Origin: Mobula hypostoma
Lineage: Eukaryota
DNA length: 64,000 nt
Assembly (NCBI RefSeq): GCF_963921235.1
Contig: NC_086097.1
Span: forward strand, 150,414,001 to 150,478,000
Direction: 5' to 3'
Numbering within the stretch: position 1 is the stretch's first letter; the number at the start of each line of letters is the position of its first letter. Shown here one piece after another: positions 25,330 through 36,783 of this stretch. A program made the translations under genes and the position numbers. The notes under the pieces were generated by a model, which worked only from the letters and a program-made list of their open reading frames with translations, was not told where the DNA came from and made no database searches.

Positions 25330-25733
25330 CTTTTTGATCCAACTGATTTTGCAATATCAAAAGGATCTCATTCACCCTGCTTATGGACTGTTTGTCTCAC
25401 TCCAAACAGGGAAGAGGGAACGCAGTATCCACGTCAGAATCATTAGACTCAAAAACAGTTATTTTCCCAAGTCAACAACACTGCCCATTAAGTTACCGAA
25501 CCACCGCTACGTACAGTACACATCACCTAACATCACTTTATGTACAATCTGTGCGTATAACAGTTACTTGTACATTGTGTTTTATGGATTGCTTTTATAT
25601 TTATATTTATATGTATTGCATTCTTTATGCTTATTGTATTCCTTAATGCTGCGTTGCATTCAGAGTAACAATTATTTCATTCTCCTTTATATTTGTGTAC
25701 TGAAGAATAATAATAAACAATCTGAATCTTGAA
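25330..25733 (+). mobile_element. Rex1-type LINE 3' end
   Basis: HPAYGLFVSLQTGKR..RLKNSYFP; AATAAACAATCTGAATCTTGAA tail. Confidence 0.7.
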
Positions 25734-25926
25734 GATCCTATATCTCTCTCCTGCTCCCCTATGGATACTCAATCCTCATGGTGGTCCCGGCGATGTTTTA
25801 TCCCTGACTGCAAACAAGGAGTGTCCCTTTAAGGACTCCCTTGTGCATCAATTGCTAGATCATGGAAGCTGTATGAGGTTGACTGTGGTCGTAGCTCTGC
25901 ACTGTGCAGCTTGTTTTAGAGCATCT

Positions 25927-27012
25927 TAGTCATAGTCATACTTTACTGATCCCGAGGGAAATTGGTTTTCGTTACAGTTGCACCATAAATAATTAAATAG
26001 TAATAAAACCATAAATAATTAAATAGTAATATGTAAATTATGCCAGGAAATAAGACCAGGACCAGCCTATTGGCTCAGGGTGTCTGACCCTCCAAGGGAG
26101 GAGTTGTAAAGTTTGATGGCCACAGGCAGGAATGACTTCCTATGATGCTCAGTGTTGCATCTCGGTGGAATGAGTCTCTGGCTGAATGTACTCCTGTGCC
26201 CACCCAGTACATTATGCAGTGGATGGGAGACATTGTCCAAGATGGCATGCAACTTGGTCAGCATCCTCTTTTCAGACACCACCGTCAGAGAGTCCAGTTC
26301 CATCCCCACAACAACACTGGCCTTACGAATGAGTTTGTTGATTCTGTTGGTGTCTGCTACCCTCAGCCTGCTGCCCCAGCACACAACAGCAAACATGATA
26401 GCACTGGCCACCACAGACTCGTAGAAAATCCTCAGCATCGTCCGGTAGATGTTAAAGGACCTCAGTCTCCTCAGGAAATAGAGACGGCTCTGACCCTTCT
26501 TGTAGACAGCCTCAGTGTTCTTTGACCGGTCCAGTTTATTGTCAATTCGTATCCCCAGGTATTTGTAATCCTCCACCATGTCTACACTGACCCCCCTGGA
26601 TGGAAACAGGGGTCACCGGTGCCTTAGCCCTCCTCAGGTCTACCACCAGCTCCTTAGTCTTTTTCACATTAAGCTGCAGATAATTCTGCTCACACCATGT
26701 GACAAAGTTTCCTACCGTAGCCCTGTACTCAGCCTCATCTCCCTTGCTGATGCATCCAACTATGGCAGAGTCACCAGAAAACTTCTGAAGATGGCAAGAC
26801 TCTGTGCAGTAGTTGAAGTCCGAGGTGTAAATGGTGAAGAGAAAGGGAGACAAGACAGTCCCCTGTGGAGCCCCAGTGCTGCTGATCACTCTGTTGGACA
26901 CACAGTGTTGCAACCACACGTACTGTGGTCTGCCAGTCAGGTAATCAATAATCCATGACACCAGGAAAGCATTCACCTGCATCGCTGTCAGCTTCTCCCC
27001 CAGCAGAGCAGG
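25927..27012 (-). mobile_element. Rex1/Babar-type LINE, 5'-truncated, same young family as 16449-17391
   Basis: ORFs 26542-26982 (GAPQGTVLSP, KFSGD) and 26067-26579, frameshift in C-run ~26590; AGTCATAGTCAT tail. Confidence 0.9.
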
Positions 27013-27068
27013 TGTTCAACACCACCACAACGTTTCAAACATTTTTTTGCTACTTACACTACATTATC

Positions 27069-27159
27069 TACAGCCACAACAGACACTGCTCTAACGCAGA
27101 CTGATGCAAGACTTTCCAGGCGCAGATCCATGGTCTCGTGAGACTAACGGATGCCACCA
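27069..27159 (+). mobile_element. RTE-clade LINE extreme 3' fragment
   Basis: Encodes YSHNRHCSNAD* (RTE-type C-terminal SH..RC), 3' UTR GGTCTCGTGAGACTAACGGATGCC; 15-bp TSD with 2 mismatches at 27054-27068 and 27160-27174. Confidence 0.7.
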
Positions 27160-28341
27160 TTACACTACGTCATCACCATATTGCATAACATGCACTAATA
27201 GAATGGCCCATTCATATCTGACCTGGATGAAAAGATTGCAGCTGATTTAGCAAAAGAATGTTGTTACCAGCAGGAGGATTTGAAACATTGCCATCATGTC
27301 AACACTAAAGTTACTAGAAAAAAGTTTAAGTTGTAAATGACACTGATTGTCCTATCTATGTGAAATTATTTGCAGCAGTCTCATTCCTTTACAAGATGAT
27401 CCGTAATGGAGATGATAAAATAAGCCTTCTTTGATATTTTTGTTTGTTTCCCTTGCCACCCTTCTCTGTTTCCCCTTTGCCTCCTAATTTGATTACTTCA
27501 TATGTGCTATTTAAAAATAGCTGATGTTTCCTATAGTTGGCAAACATTCTTCGGATTAATTGAACAGCCTTACTTTTTTGTTAAACTGCTGGATCAGGTA
27601 ACAAATTTGAGCAAGACTCTTTTTAAAAATCCAAAATAAAAGAGTCATTTGGCAGTTGATTACAGGTGAATATTAGGTTCTTTGCAACCAGCAAAATACT
27701 TTGGAATTAGGCTTCTTACAAAAAGAAAAAACGCTCATTCGTTTTGCTGAACAATGCCTACAGATCCCGTGCAGTAAGAGAGCAGGGGCCCCAATGCTGA
27801 CTCATAGTGACTAGCGAAGACATGAATATTGAGCTTATTAACTATGTAGAAAGCAATCTGCTTTAAACCTATTTTTGTCTGTAAGAGCTAAACTGGTCTT
27901 AACTTATTCTTAACTTGGCTGAACTTATTCTCCCCATCACAATATTGTTTTCTTTAATAAACAAACAGACTAAACTCCCACTTTCTGAATTTGTCCAAGG
28001 ATCAACATCAAAAATCTGATAAGTTCTACTCAGTTTTTCCAGAAGTTTTGGTTTTATTTCAGAATTCCAGCATTTGCAAGTTTTGAATTAAATTCATGCA
28101 TTGTTATACATTGATGCATTTTAACGTCAATTTCTCCACAAAATTCAAAAATAGGCTATTTATCAAGTGTGCCAGATGTGCTAAGATTTGCTTCACACCA
28201 ATGGCATAGAATATTAATCAGTTTAACTCATACTCACACTTGATCTAGAACAGTTTCACTGTTGTTTAGGATATTTAACAACTCAAAGTAGGTCAAGTCA
28301 CTGTTAACATTGAATAAATAAAAAATATTCTTGCACTCCAC

Positions 28342-28347
28342 TTTATT
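28342..28347 (-). terminator. Candidate polyadenylation signal of ZFAT
   Basis: AATAAA on minus strand ~590 nt after the stop codon, followed by a U-rich tract; a second AATAAA lies at 28053-28058. Confidence 0.45.
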
Positions 28348-28936
28348 TCTTAATCTGTAAGTCTATTAGACTTATCCCCCACAGGACACCAAGCTGAATG
28401 ATTTTGTTTAAACAAAACACTGCAAGAAAAATCAAAACTGTGAGGTGTTCCAAAGCCTTGGCTTTCCTGAGCTTCTCCATTTTGGGTTTTCCCTCTCACA
28501 TCACACTGTCTGTACATGATGAGGTGTATGGTAAACTATAATGCCCTCCTCCACCCTGGCTGCCTAAATGAATCTTCCTGGGTAGCCAACCTTGGGTGGT
28601 AACCATGGCAATATCCCTGGATTTGGGCCATTTCATTATTCCTGATCATTTTAAAGGGAATCGTGGATCTGTAAAGCTTGAAGGAATGAGGTGTGGGGGC
28701 TGGCAAATAAAAGGAACCAACAAATTAAAAATGTGAAGAAACCAAAGGAAACTTATCCCAAACCATTACTTCTTCAAAAGCATTGATATTTGGTAATTTT
28801 CTGCCACTCTTGAGCTGAACAGTGTTCATTAAATACATGGATATTGCCATTTAAAAAAAATGCAAACCGGAAACATAGAACATCTTGACTGCTTACTCCA
28901 ACTAGTTAAAGACCTGGCTGAAGATTACAGGAGCGG

Positions 28937-29182
28937 TCATAATTCCTCGATTTTTTTTTCCATTGCCTGCTCCTCAGATTGCACAGCTTCTTGCACGTAA
29001 ACAATGAATTCAGATGTCTCTTCACCCTGAGTATAAACAGTTACAGTCTCAATCCCTTCCACGTCATCAGAGGAAACTACCACTTGCTCGACAAGATGAT
29101 GTCCTTCTCCAAGCTCCACTGAGGCCTGTTCCAAGGCCTGCTGAATCATCACTGTATGGTTGCCTGCTGCTTCATCCTCAGC
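28937..29182 (-). CDS. ZFAT: ZFAT last coding exon
   Basis: Acceptor cttttcttatcttcag; phase 0; AEDEAAGNHTVMIQQALEQASVEL..VSSDDVEGIETVTVYTQGEETSEFIVYVQEA..EL-TGA, matching the ZFAT C-terminus as I recall it. Confidence 0.93.
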   Translation of the reverse strand, partial: AEDEAAGNHTVMIQQALEQASVELGEGHHLVEQVVVSSDDVEGIETVTVYTQGEETSEFIVYVQEAVQSEEQAMEKKIEEL

Positions 29183-29767
29183 CTGAAGATAAGAAAAGTA
29201 TAGGATCAATGCAATTTAACCAATTCATTTTTCCAATACGGAAACATAGCAATATAAAAGTAATTTGCCTGGTATATTCTCTTTGCCTCCCTAAATTTGT
29301 TTTCTTCCCTTCCAAAGGTGCACGTACTTTCAAGTAGCAACATTCAGTGACTTCAATCAAGTGCCTATTCCTCAGCAACCCAAGGCAGCAAAAAATTAAT
29401 TTTCATCAGCAGACTGTTGGGGATTTGTAATGCAATATCTCAACCTGAGTTTACACCATGCATGACTGCATGAATAGAAGTAAGCTTCTGGAATTATAAT
29501 GAAAACTCTTGATCGGCTTTGAAACAGGATCAGCCACCTTTGTCAAATCACCTCCAGCAGGAACTAGAACTTCAGATTACTTTTAGTAATAGCATTATTC
29601 ATGACCAAATGGGGATTGACTGGGGATGAATTTACTGACAGAACTCATTGTATGATCATCTCTACTGTATTAAAGCAATGAGAGAAGCAGATGGTGATCA
29701 TGAGGTAGAGCAATGGATCTGTGTGAGAGAGACAGAGAGAGCACATTTGTGATAGAGAGCATGTGAC

Positions 29768-30720
29768 TGAGTCATACAGAAGTATAGCACAGAAACAAGC
29801 CCTTTGACCCATCTAGTCTGTGCCGAACCATTTAAGCTGCCTACTTTATTGACCTGCATCAGGACCATAGCCCTCCTTATCCCTACTATCCATGTAGTTA
29901 TCCAAACTTCACTTAAATGGTGAAATTCAGCTCCCATGCACCACTTGTGCTGGCAGCTCATTCCACACTCTCACAGCCCTCTGATTGAAGTAGTTTCCCC
30001 TCATGCTCCCCTTAAACTTTTCACCTTTCACCCTTAACCTATGGTTGTAGTCCCACCCAACCTCAGAGGAAAAAGCCTGCTTGTATCTACCCTATCTACA
30101 CCCCTCATAATTTTGTATACCTTTATTAAATCTTCTCTCAATCTTCTACATTCTAAAGAATACAGTCCTAACCTATTCAATCTTTTGTTATAACTGAGGT
30201 TCTCCAGATCCAGCAACATCCTTGTAAGTTTTCTCAGCACTCTTTCAACCTTGTTTACATCTTCCCTTGTAGGTAGGTACTCCAAATTAGGCCTCACTAA
30301 CATCTAATACAACTTCAACACAACATCCCATCTCCTGTACTCAATATATTGATTTATGAAGGCCAATGTACCAAAAGCTTTCTTCACAACTTTTTCTGCC
30401 TGTGATGTCACTTACAACAAATTACAGACTTGTATTCCTAGGTCCCTTTGTTCTAACACACTCCTCAGTGCCCTAACGTTCACTGTGTAAGACCTATCCT
30501 GGTTGGGCCTATCAAACTATAAAATCTAGCACTAGTCTGTATTAAATTCTATCTGCCGTTTTTCTGCCCATTCTTGCAATTCTCTTTGCAAGCCATGATA
30601 GCCTTCCTTACTGTCCACCATCATCCACAAGTTGGCTGATCCAGTTAACTCCATTATCATCCAGGTCATTGATATAGATGACAAACAACAAAGGACTCAG
30701 TACCAATCCCTGTGGCACAG
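29768..30720 (-). mobile_element. CR1 3' fragment in last ZFAT intron
   Basis: ORF 30034-30303 (LVRPNLEY..RLGLYSLE) and PQGLVLSPLLFVIYINDLD at ~30650-30718; GAGTCATA tail. Confidence 0.85.
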
Positions 30721-31500
30721 GCTGAGGAGGAATGAGATTGAAAGAGTGAGAGGAAATGACAGTTAGGCAGTAGGAGAGTCCATATAAGTGAAAGACTATG
30801 TGTGAGACCCCTGATATTGAAAGTGTGAGAGAGAAAGAATAGTCTGAAAGTGAGGATGAGACCGGAAGCATGAGATTGTGTAAAAAAACAAAGTGAAAAT
30901 CAATGGAGAGAATAGGGGACTATGCGAGGCAGGATGCAAGAAGCAACGATTGAGAGATACTGCTTAATATTGTGAGGGAAGGTGTGAGAGTGTGCAAGAA
31001 GGGGGTATGAGAATAAGAGAGAGATTGTTGGGGTATGTGTACATGAATATGTGCGACGTTAAGACTGTGGGTGACAGAGAGTGAAGGAAAGCATATGGGA
31101 GTGAGAATGACAGCAAGGAAAATGTGAGAATGTTTGAAAGATTGTTAGATATTGTGAGGAAGAGAGAGCAAGATTATCTGAGGAAAGAAAGTTTAAGATT
31201 ATCTGGAGACATGTTGAGAGGGTGGGAGGGAGAATATGAGAGGGCGAATCAGGAAGACAAACTAGCAAGTGTGAGATGTGAGGGAGAAAACGCAATTACA
31301 TGAGAGAATGTGTGAATGTGAAGACCGTATTTTTATAGCAGATCAAGTCAGCATGTGTGAGGGGAGACTGAACATCGGCAAAGGGCCAGGAAACATGTAT
31401 GTGAAGAGAGTCAACGTATGAAGAAGAGAGGTGATTCTGCGTACACAGCAGGGTGTATCAGCTTATGAGAAGAAAAATGGGTCATATGCGTACACTGTGC
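30721..31500. repeat. Purine-rich (GA/GT) low-complexity tract
   Basis: Degenerate GAGA/GTGA repeats with very few C; similar sequence at ~29675-29767. Confidence 0.6.
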
Positions 31501-33386
31501 TTGAGCATGAAGCTTCCTCGTGACTCTCTACACTTGGTGGATAATGTTGGCTTGTGTGCTGAAAATTGGTTGGCTGAAAATCTGAATTATATGAACACTG
31601 ATTGATATAGTGGTCTCAATACTCAATGTTACAAATTTACACAGCAGAATCCTTTTCCATCAACCTATATGACTCAGGTAATCAAAAGCAACCGATGGAG
31701 CCATCTACGTAATTCATGGTCACGACTCACTGGAATCAGAGAATTTGGGGCACAAGAGCAGAGCCAACTAATGTTCCCTCAATTCTATGCTCTTATATTC
31801 CATGTCTGATTTAAGTACTGACATTGAGATATTGCCCTGGAATTCCATGCCTCACCCTTCTCATTCCTCTTGCGTACCTTGAAACAATTTCTTTGACTAA
31901 GCCTTGATCATCAAGTTTATTATCTCATATTAATAAAGTCCCATAAATAATGAAAAACATTATTGACTGTGTTGTGAAACCACTGACTCATATTTGTAAA
32001 CAAAAAATTTCCCAATAAAATGAAAATAGCCAAGGTCATTCCAATATACAAAGCTGGAGATAAACATGTATTTCAAATTATAGACCAGTTTCTTTGCTCT
32101 CACAGTTTTCCAAAATATTGGAAAAATATTTGTAAGAAGGTTAAATGATTTCATAACAAAACATAATATACTCTGTGAACAGAAAAAACAGAACTACTAC
32201 TATAGCATTCATAGATTCTGTAGGAAAAATATCAAATGAATACACAGTGGGAATATTCCTTGATCTAAAAAAAGCACTTGACAGCATTGACCATAAATTA
32301 TTATTAACAAAATTAGAAAGATATGGTATTAGAGGGGTGGCACGTGACTGGTTAAGTAGCTATTTGGAAGACAGGTATCAGTATGTACACATGAACAACT
32401 CTAATTCAAAACTTTTGAGGGTAACTTGTGGGGTTCCACAAGGTTCAGAGCTTGGTCCATTGTTGTTCATTTTGTACATAAACGATATATGTATGGTCTC
32501 TCAGACATTAGAATGTATATTATTTGCTGATTATACAACTATATTTTGTGATTGGGAACACCTAAAACAACTTTTGGATACAGTGGAGAAAGACTAAAAA
32601 TGATAAAGAAATGATTTGATACTAACAAATTAACACTGAATCTAAGTAAAACTAAATTCATAATATTTGGAAACAGTGTACCAAACTCACATAGTAAACT
32701 TAGAATAAATGATGTTGAAATTGATAAGGTATCTGAAACAAAATTTTTAGGAGTGGTAGTAGATAATAAATTAAGCTGGAAACCACATATAAATTATGTC
32801 AAAGCAAAAATGTCAAAATGTATTACAATACTGTACAAAGCACAAGATTTCTTAAATCAGGAATCTTTGTATACATTATACTGTTCACTTATAGTCCCAT
32901 ACATGACTCACTGTGTAGAGGTATGGGGAAATGCATACAAAACAAATACAAACTCAATTTTTCTACTCCAAAAGAAAGTCATACGAATTGTAAATAAGAC
33001 AAGTTATTATGAGCCAACCAATCTACTATTTATTCAACTAAACACTTTAAAATTCAGAGATTTCACAGATTTTAAAATAATACAAATTAAGTATAAAGTA
33101 AAAAATGGACAACTACCACAAAGTATCCAAAGGTTGTTTAAAATGAGAGAAAGGAAACATGATTTAAGAGAAACATGTATATTTCAGAAACAAAGGATAA
33201 GAACAAATGTAAAAACTCATCGTATTTTAGTCAGAGGAGTGAATCTATGGAACAGTTGTAGTGAGAACTTAAAAACATGCGCTACACTTAACAAGTTAAA
33301 AAAATTATTTAAAAATAATTTAATGAACAAATATAAAATACATGATTTAAAATGAATGGGAGTAATGTAAACAAATGATATTTGGA

Positions 33387-33547
33387 GCAACATACATCAA
33401 AGTTGCTGGTGAACGCAGCAGGCCAGGCAGCATCTATAGGAAGAGGTACAGTCAACGTTTCAGGCCGAGACCCTTCGTCAGGACTAACGAACTTTGATGT
33501 ATGTTGCTTGAATTTCCAGCATCTGCAGAATTCCTGCTGTTTGCGTT
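33387..33547. mobile_element. Penelope-derived inverted mini insert with 14-bp TSD
   Basis: Exact TSD AAATGATATTTGGA at 33373-33386 and 33548-33561; 18-bp inverted repeat 33387-33404 / 33490-33507. Confidence 0.85.
33449..33486 (-). ncRNA. Minimal type I hammerhead ribozyme motif (Penelope-associated)
   Basis: Minus strand tagtc-CTGACGA-AGG-gtctcgg-CCT-GAAA-C-GTT-gactg: stem I agtc/gact, CUGANGA and GAAA boxes, stem II, loopless palindromic stem III, NUH = GUU. Confidence 0.7.
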
Positions 33548-34724
33548 AAATGATATTTGGAATTGGATTTTGTTAAAAGATTACGAAGTGTTTTATTTTG
33601 ATGTGATAACTGACGCCAAACATGTTGTGTAAGTAAGAGGGATAGGCGTAATAAGCTGTAGCTTCAGCCTACACCCTTTCTGTTTGTTTTAAAGAATATT
33701 TATTTTTTTTTGTTGTAATTTTGTCCTATGAAATCATCGTTGAAAATGATGCTTTTTGTTATGTTTGTACTGACTGAAATAAATTTCTTTCTTTCATTCA
33801 CTCATTCATTCTATTTTTTTAATTAATATCAAATTTTATGTACTGGCAAACTTATGAAGTACCTTGAGTCACTTTTGCAGAGTTAAAGGTACTTCATAAA
33901 AGTTCTTGCTGCCCTACCCCTTGATCCTATGCTCTCCCTCTCTCCACTTGTGTTCTCCACTTCTTTGTTTTTCTTCTTTGCACAAGGCAGGATGTTTAAA
34001 CTAATTTTTAACAAATCAATTCCTTTGATAAAGAACACACAGCACAGCACATTTGCCAGAGGGAGAACAGACTGATAACATAATCTTTATTAATTATATT
34101 ATTTAGCAGCAGAACATATTTCTTTCCACTCAACTGAATGCATGGTGTGCAAAACAGTTTCTCACTGCATCTTGGCAAATGTGACAATAATATAACCAAT
34201 TACCAATTAATGGGAAATGTTTTGGAAGGTTAATGGTCAAACTGGAGAAGGAGCATTTGGAAAGACTCTGAGCGCCTCAATCTCTACAACCAGAGGATAC
34301 ACAGCCAAGTGAAAACAGAGGAGGAAGTGCACAACATCTCTATCTACTCACCTGCCTGTCCCTCAAGCACACATGTCCATATATGACAGAGTCTAGGGAA
34401 CACTGATACATTTTGCAGTGACATCAGAACCTACAAAACTACACTGGAAATGAGTAATGCTCTGTCTCAAAGGAGGAAGAAGAAGAGTAACATGAGCGAT
34501 AAAGGTTTGCAGAAGAACTTTTCAAATCTTCTTACCATAGTACAATGGGATACAAGATGGTATCTTGGTTTAATGTATCATACAAGAGGGAGAAAATCTG
34601 ATAGTATAATCTACATTCAACAAATACTGAAGTAGCAGCCAAAATTATGCATTAAATTCTCTGGAGTGGAAAAGGCCCATCGTCTATTGTCGCATGGGCA
34701 ACTACCAAACTAGCTCATCTACTT

Positions 34725-35174
34725 CAAGGATTGACATGTTGTGCATTCAGAGATGCTCTACTATTGTAGCACGTGGCTATTTGAGTTACAGTTGCCTTCC
34801 TGTCAGCTCATACCAGTCTGGACATTCTCCTCTGACTTCTCAAGGCATTTTCACCCGCAGAATTGCAACTCACTGGATGTTATTTTTTTGTTTTTTGCAC
34901 CATTCTTTGTAAATTCTAGAGACTATTTGCATGAAAATCCCAAATGATCATTTTCTGAGATACTCAAACCACCCCATCAGGCACCAACAATCATTCCATC
35001 GTCATTGTCACTTAGATCACATTTCTTCCTCATTCTGATGTCTGAACAATAACTGAACCACTTGACCATGTCTCATGTTTTCATTCATTGAGTTGCTTCC
35101 ACGTGGCTGGCTGACTAGATATTTGCATTAATGAGTAGGTGTACAGATGTAATTAATAAAGTGGCCACTGAGTG
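34725..35174. mobile_element. Tc1-derived non-autonomous element, one end
   Basis: Terminus TAATAAAGTGGCCACTGAGTG, typical of fish Tc1-type MITE TIRs; partner end not found. Confidence 0.6.
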
Positions 35175-35373
35175 AACTGTATATGCTTACATCATAAGAC
35201 TGCCACTAATATAAAAATAAACAACTGCAGAACTATTCTAACCATAGTGTGTCACAAAAAATGTTACTATAATGTAGATGGAAGTACCCTTTTGGGTTTG
35301 AGGCAGAATGGAGCTTTATATTTGATATAGTTCAGTGATAGATAATTCCAACTATGGAGATGGGAAATCTTAC

Positions 35374-35501
35374 TTGTTCTACAACTGTTAATGTGCCAGG
35401 GGCCATGGTAACTACTGAAGCCACAGCAGCATCGTGGTGCTCAGGAGCTAAACCGATGATCTGTTGGAGAATGTTCACAGCTGTTGAATCCATCCGATCT
35501 C
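35374..35501 (-). CDS. ZFAT: ZFAT penultimate coding exon (128 bp)
   Basis: tttttctag acceptor, GTAAG donor; (G)DRMDSTAVNILQQIIGLAPEHHDAAVASVVTMAPGTLTVVEQ; phase 1 in, phase 0 out. Confidence 0.93.
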
Positions 35502-35738
35502 CTAGAAAAAGAAGCAACAGGAATAAAGTCAGAGAAGTGTTTCTCCCCATCCCTAATTTCTTTTTCTTCAAATTCTGGAGGAGAAGGAGATTTACAGGGC
35601 AAGTTTTATTTTATACATATCATCGCAACATTTAAGTGTGTATTCACACAAGCATATGAACAGGCAAGAAATGGAGGGATATATGCCATGTTCAGGCCAC
35701 TAAGATAAGTTTAAATAGGCACCACTGTTGGATCCTAA

Positions 35739-36005
35739 ATACAAGTGATTATGTGGGTGCTGGAAATCCTGAGTAACACCCACAAAATTGGGAAGGAAGG
35801 AGGAAGAAGCCAGAATAAGAAGGTAGGGATAGAGGAAGGTGTACAAGCTAGAAGGGGACAGGTGAAGCCAGGTGTTTGGGGGAAGGGGGATGAAGTGAGA
35901 AGCTGGGAGGTGATAGGTGTTATAGGTAAAGCGCTGGAGATGAAGGACTCAGTAAGGAGAGGAAAGTGGACAACAAGAGAAAGGGAAGGAGGAGGGGCAC
36001 CTGAT
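35739..36005 (-). mobile_element. Older Penelope-derived insert with 14-bp TSD
   Basis: Exact TSD CTGTTGGATCCTAA at 35725-35738 and 36006-36019; GTGCTGGAAATC..AACACCCACAAAAT matches the family 3' end in reverse. Confidence 0.7.
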
Positions 36006-36783
36006 CTGTTGGATCCTAATGCTTTTGCAATTGAAAGGTTCTACTGAAATCAAGAATAAGGCATAAATTTGTTGCTTATGAACATTTTATTCGATGTTAC
36101 AAGAAAGAGAAAAAGAAGAGAGCGGAGCCAAGGAAACAAAGAAAACAAAGGAAAAAGCCGCTATGGCCGTCTCATACGTGACTAGAGCTAACAAAAATTC
36201 CAGTGATAAGAATTAACCTAAAAATAGTAATTCAAGTAGTGTGACAAGTGTACTTTAATTAAATTTATAGAAAAGTGCAGAAGCAATGGTACCATAATTA
36301 CTGGAAATTTCACTGAACAATTATATGCATATAGGTGATTATATAAATATACAAGCAATCATAGGAAAGTTAAATACAAGTAAAATACAAGCAACACTTC
36401 AGGTTGTTTACTGTATACATTCTCTGATGTTAAACTGAACTATTTAAATGTGTGGTCCCAGTACCCAAGAAGGCCCAACCAAAAGTCTTGAATGACTACA
36501 GTCCTGTGGCCCTGACCTCACACATCATAAAGACCCTAGAGAGGCTGGTCCTGGCTCACCTCTGACCCCTGGTCAGATCAGCTCTTGAAGCTCTGCAGTT
36601 TGCCTACCAGGAGCACATTGGAATCGATCATGCTGTCATCTACTTGCTGAACAAGTATCCCATTTCGATAAGCAGGGCAGCACTGTGAGGATCATGTTTT
36701 TTTTTCTTTCTGAAGTGTCTTCAATGCCATACAGCCCTCATTGCTGGGGAGAAACTCCATTCAATGCAGGGCTGGCACTTGCC

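Larger units (their letters stand above)
31945..33810 (+). mobile_element. L2-group (Crack/Daphne-like) LINE, 5'-truncated
   Basis: KIAKVIPIYK, FLDLKKALDSIDH, GVPQGSELGP, LFADY; C-terminal ORF 32753-33355; AATAAA then (CATT)n tail ~33780-33810. Confidence 0.85.

Noticed and set aside
30721..31500. Purine-rich tract and ORFs 30608-30871 and 31059-31295 as coding
   Set aside because: Low-complexity GA/GT sequence; ORFs arise from compositional bias.
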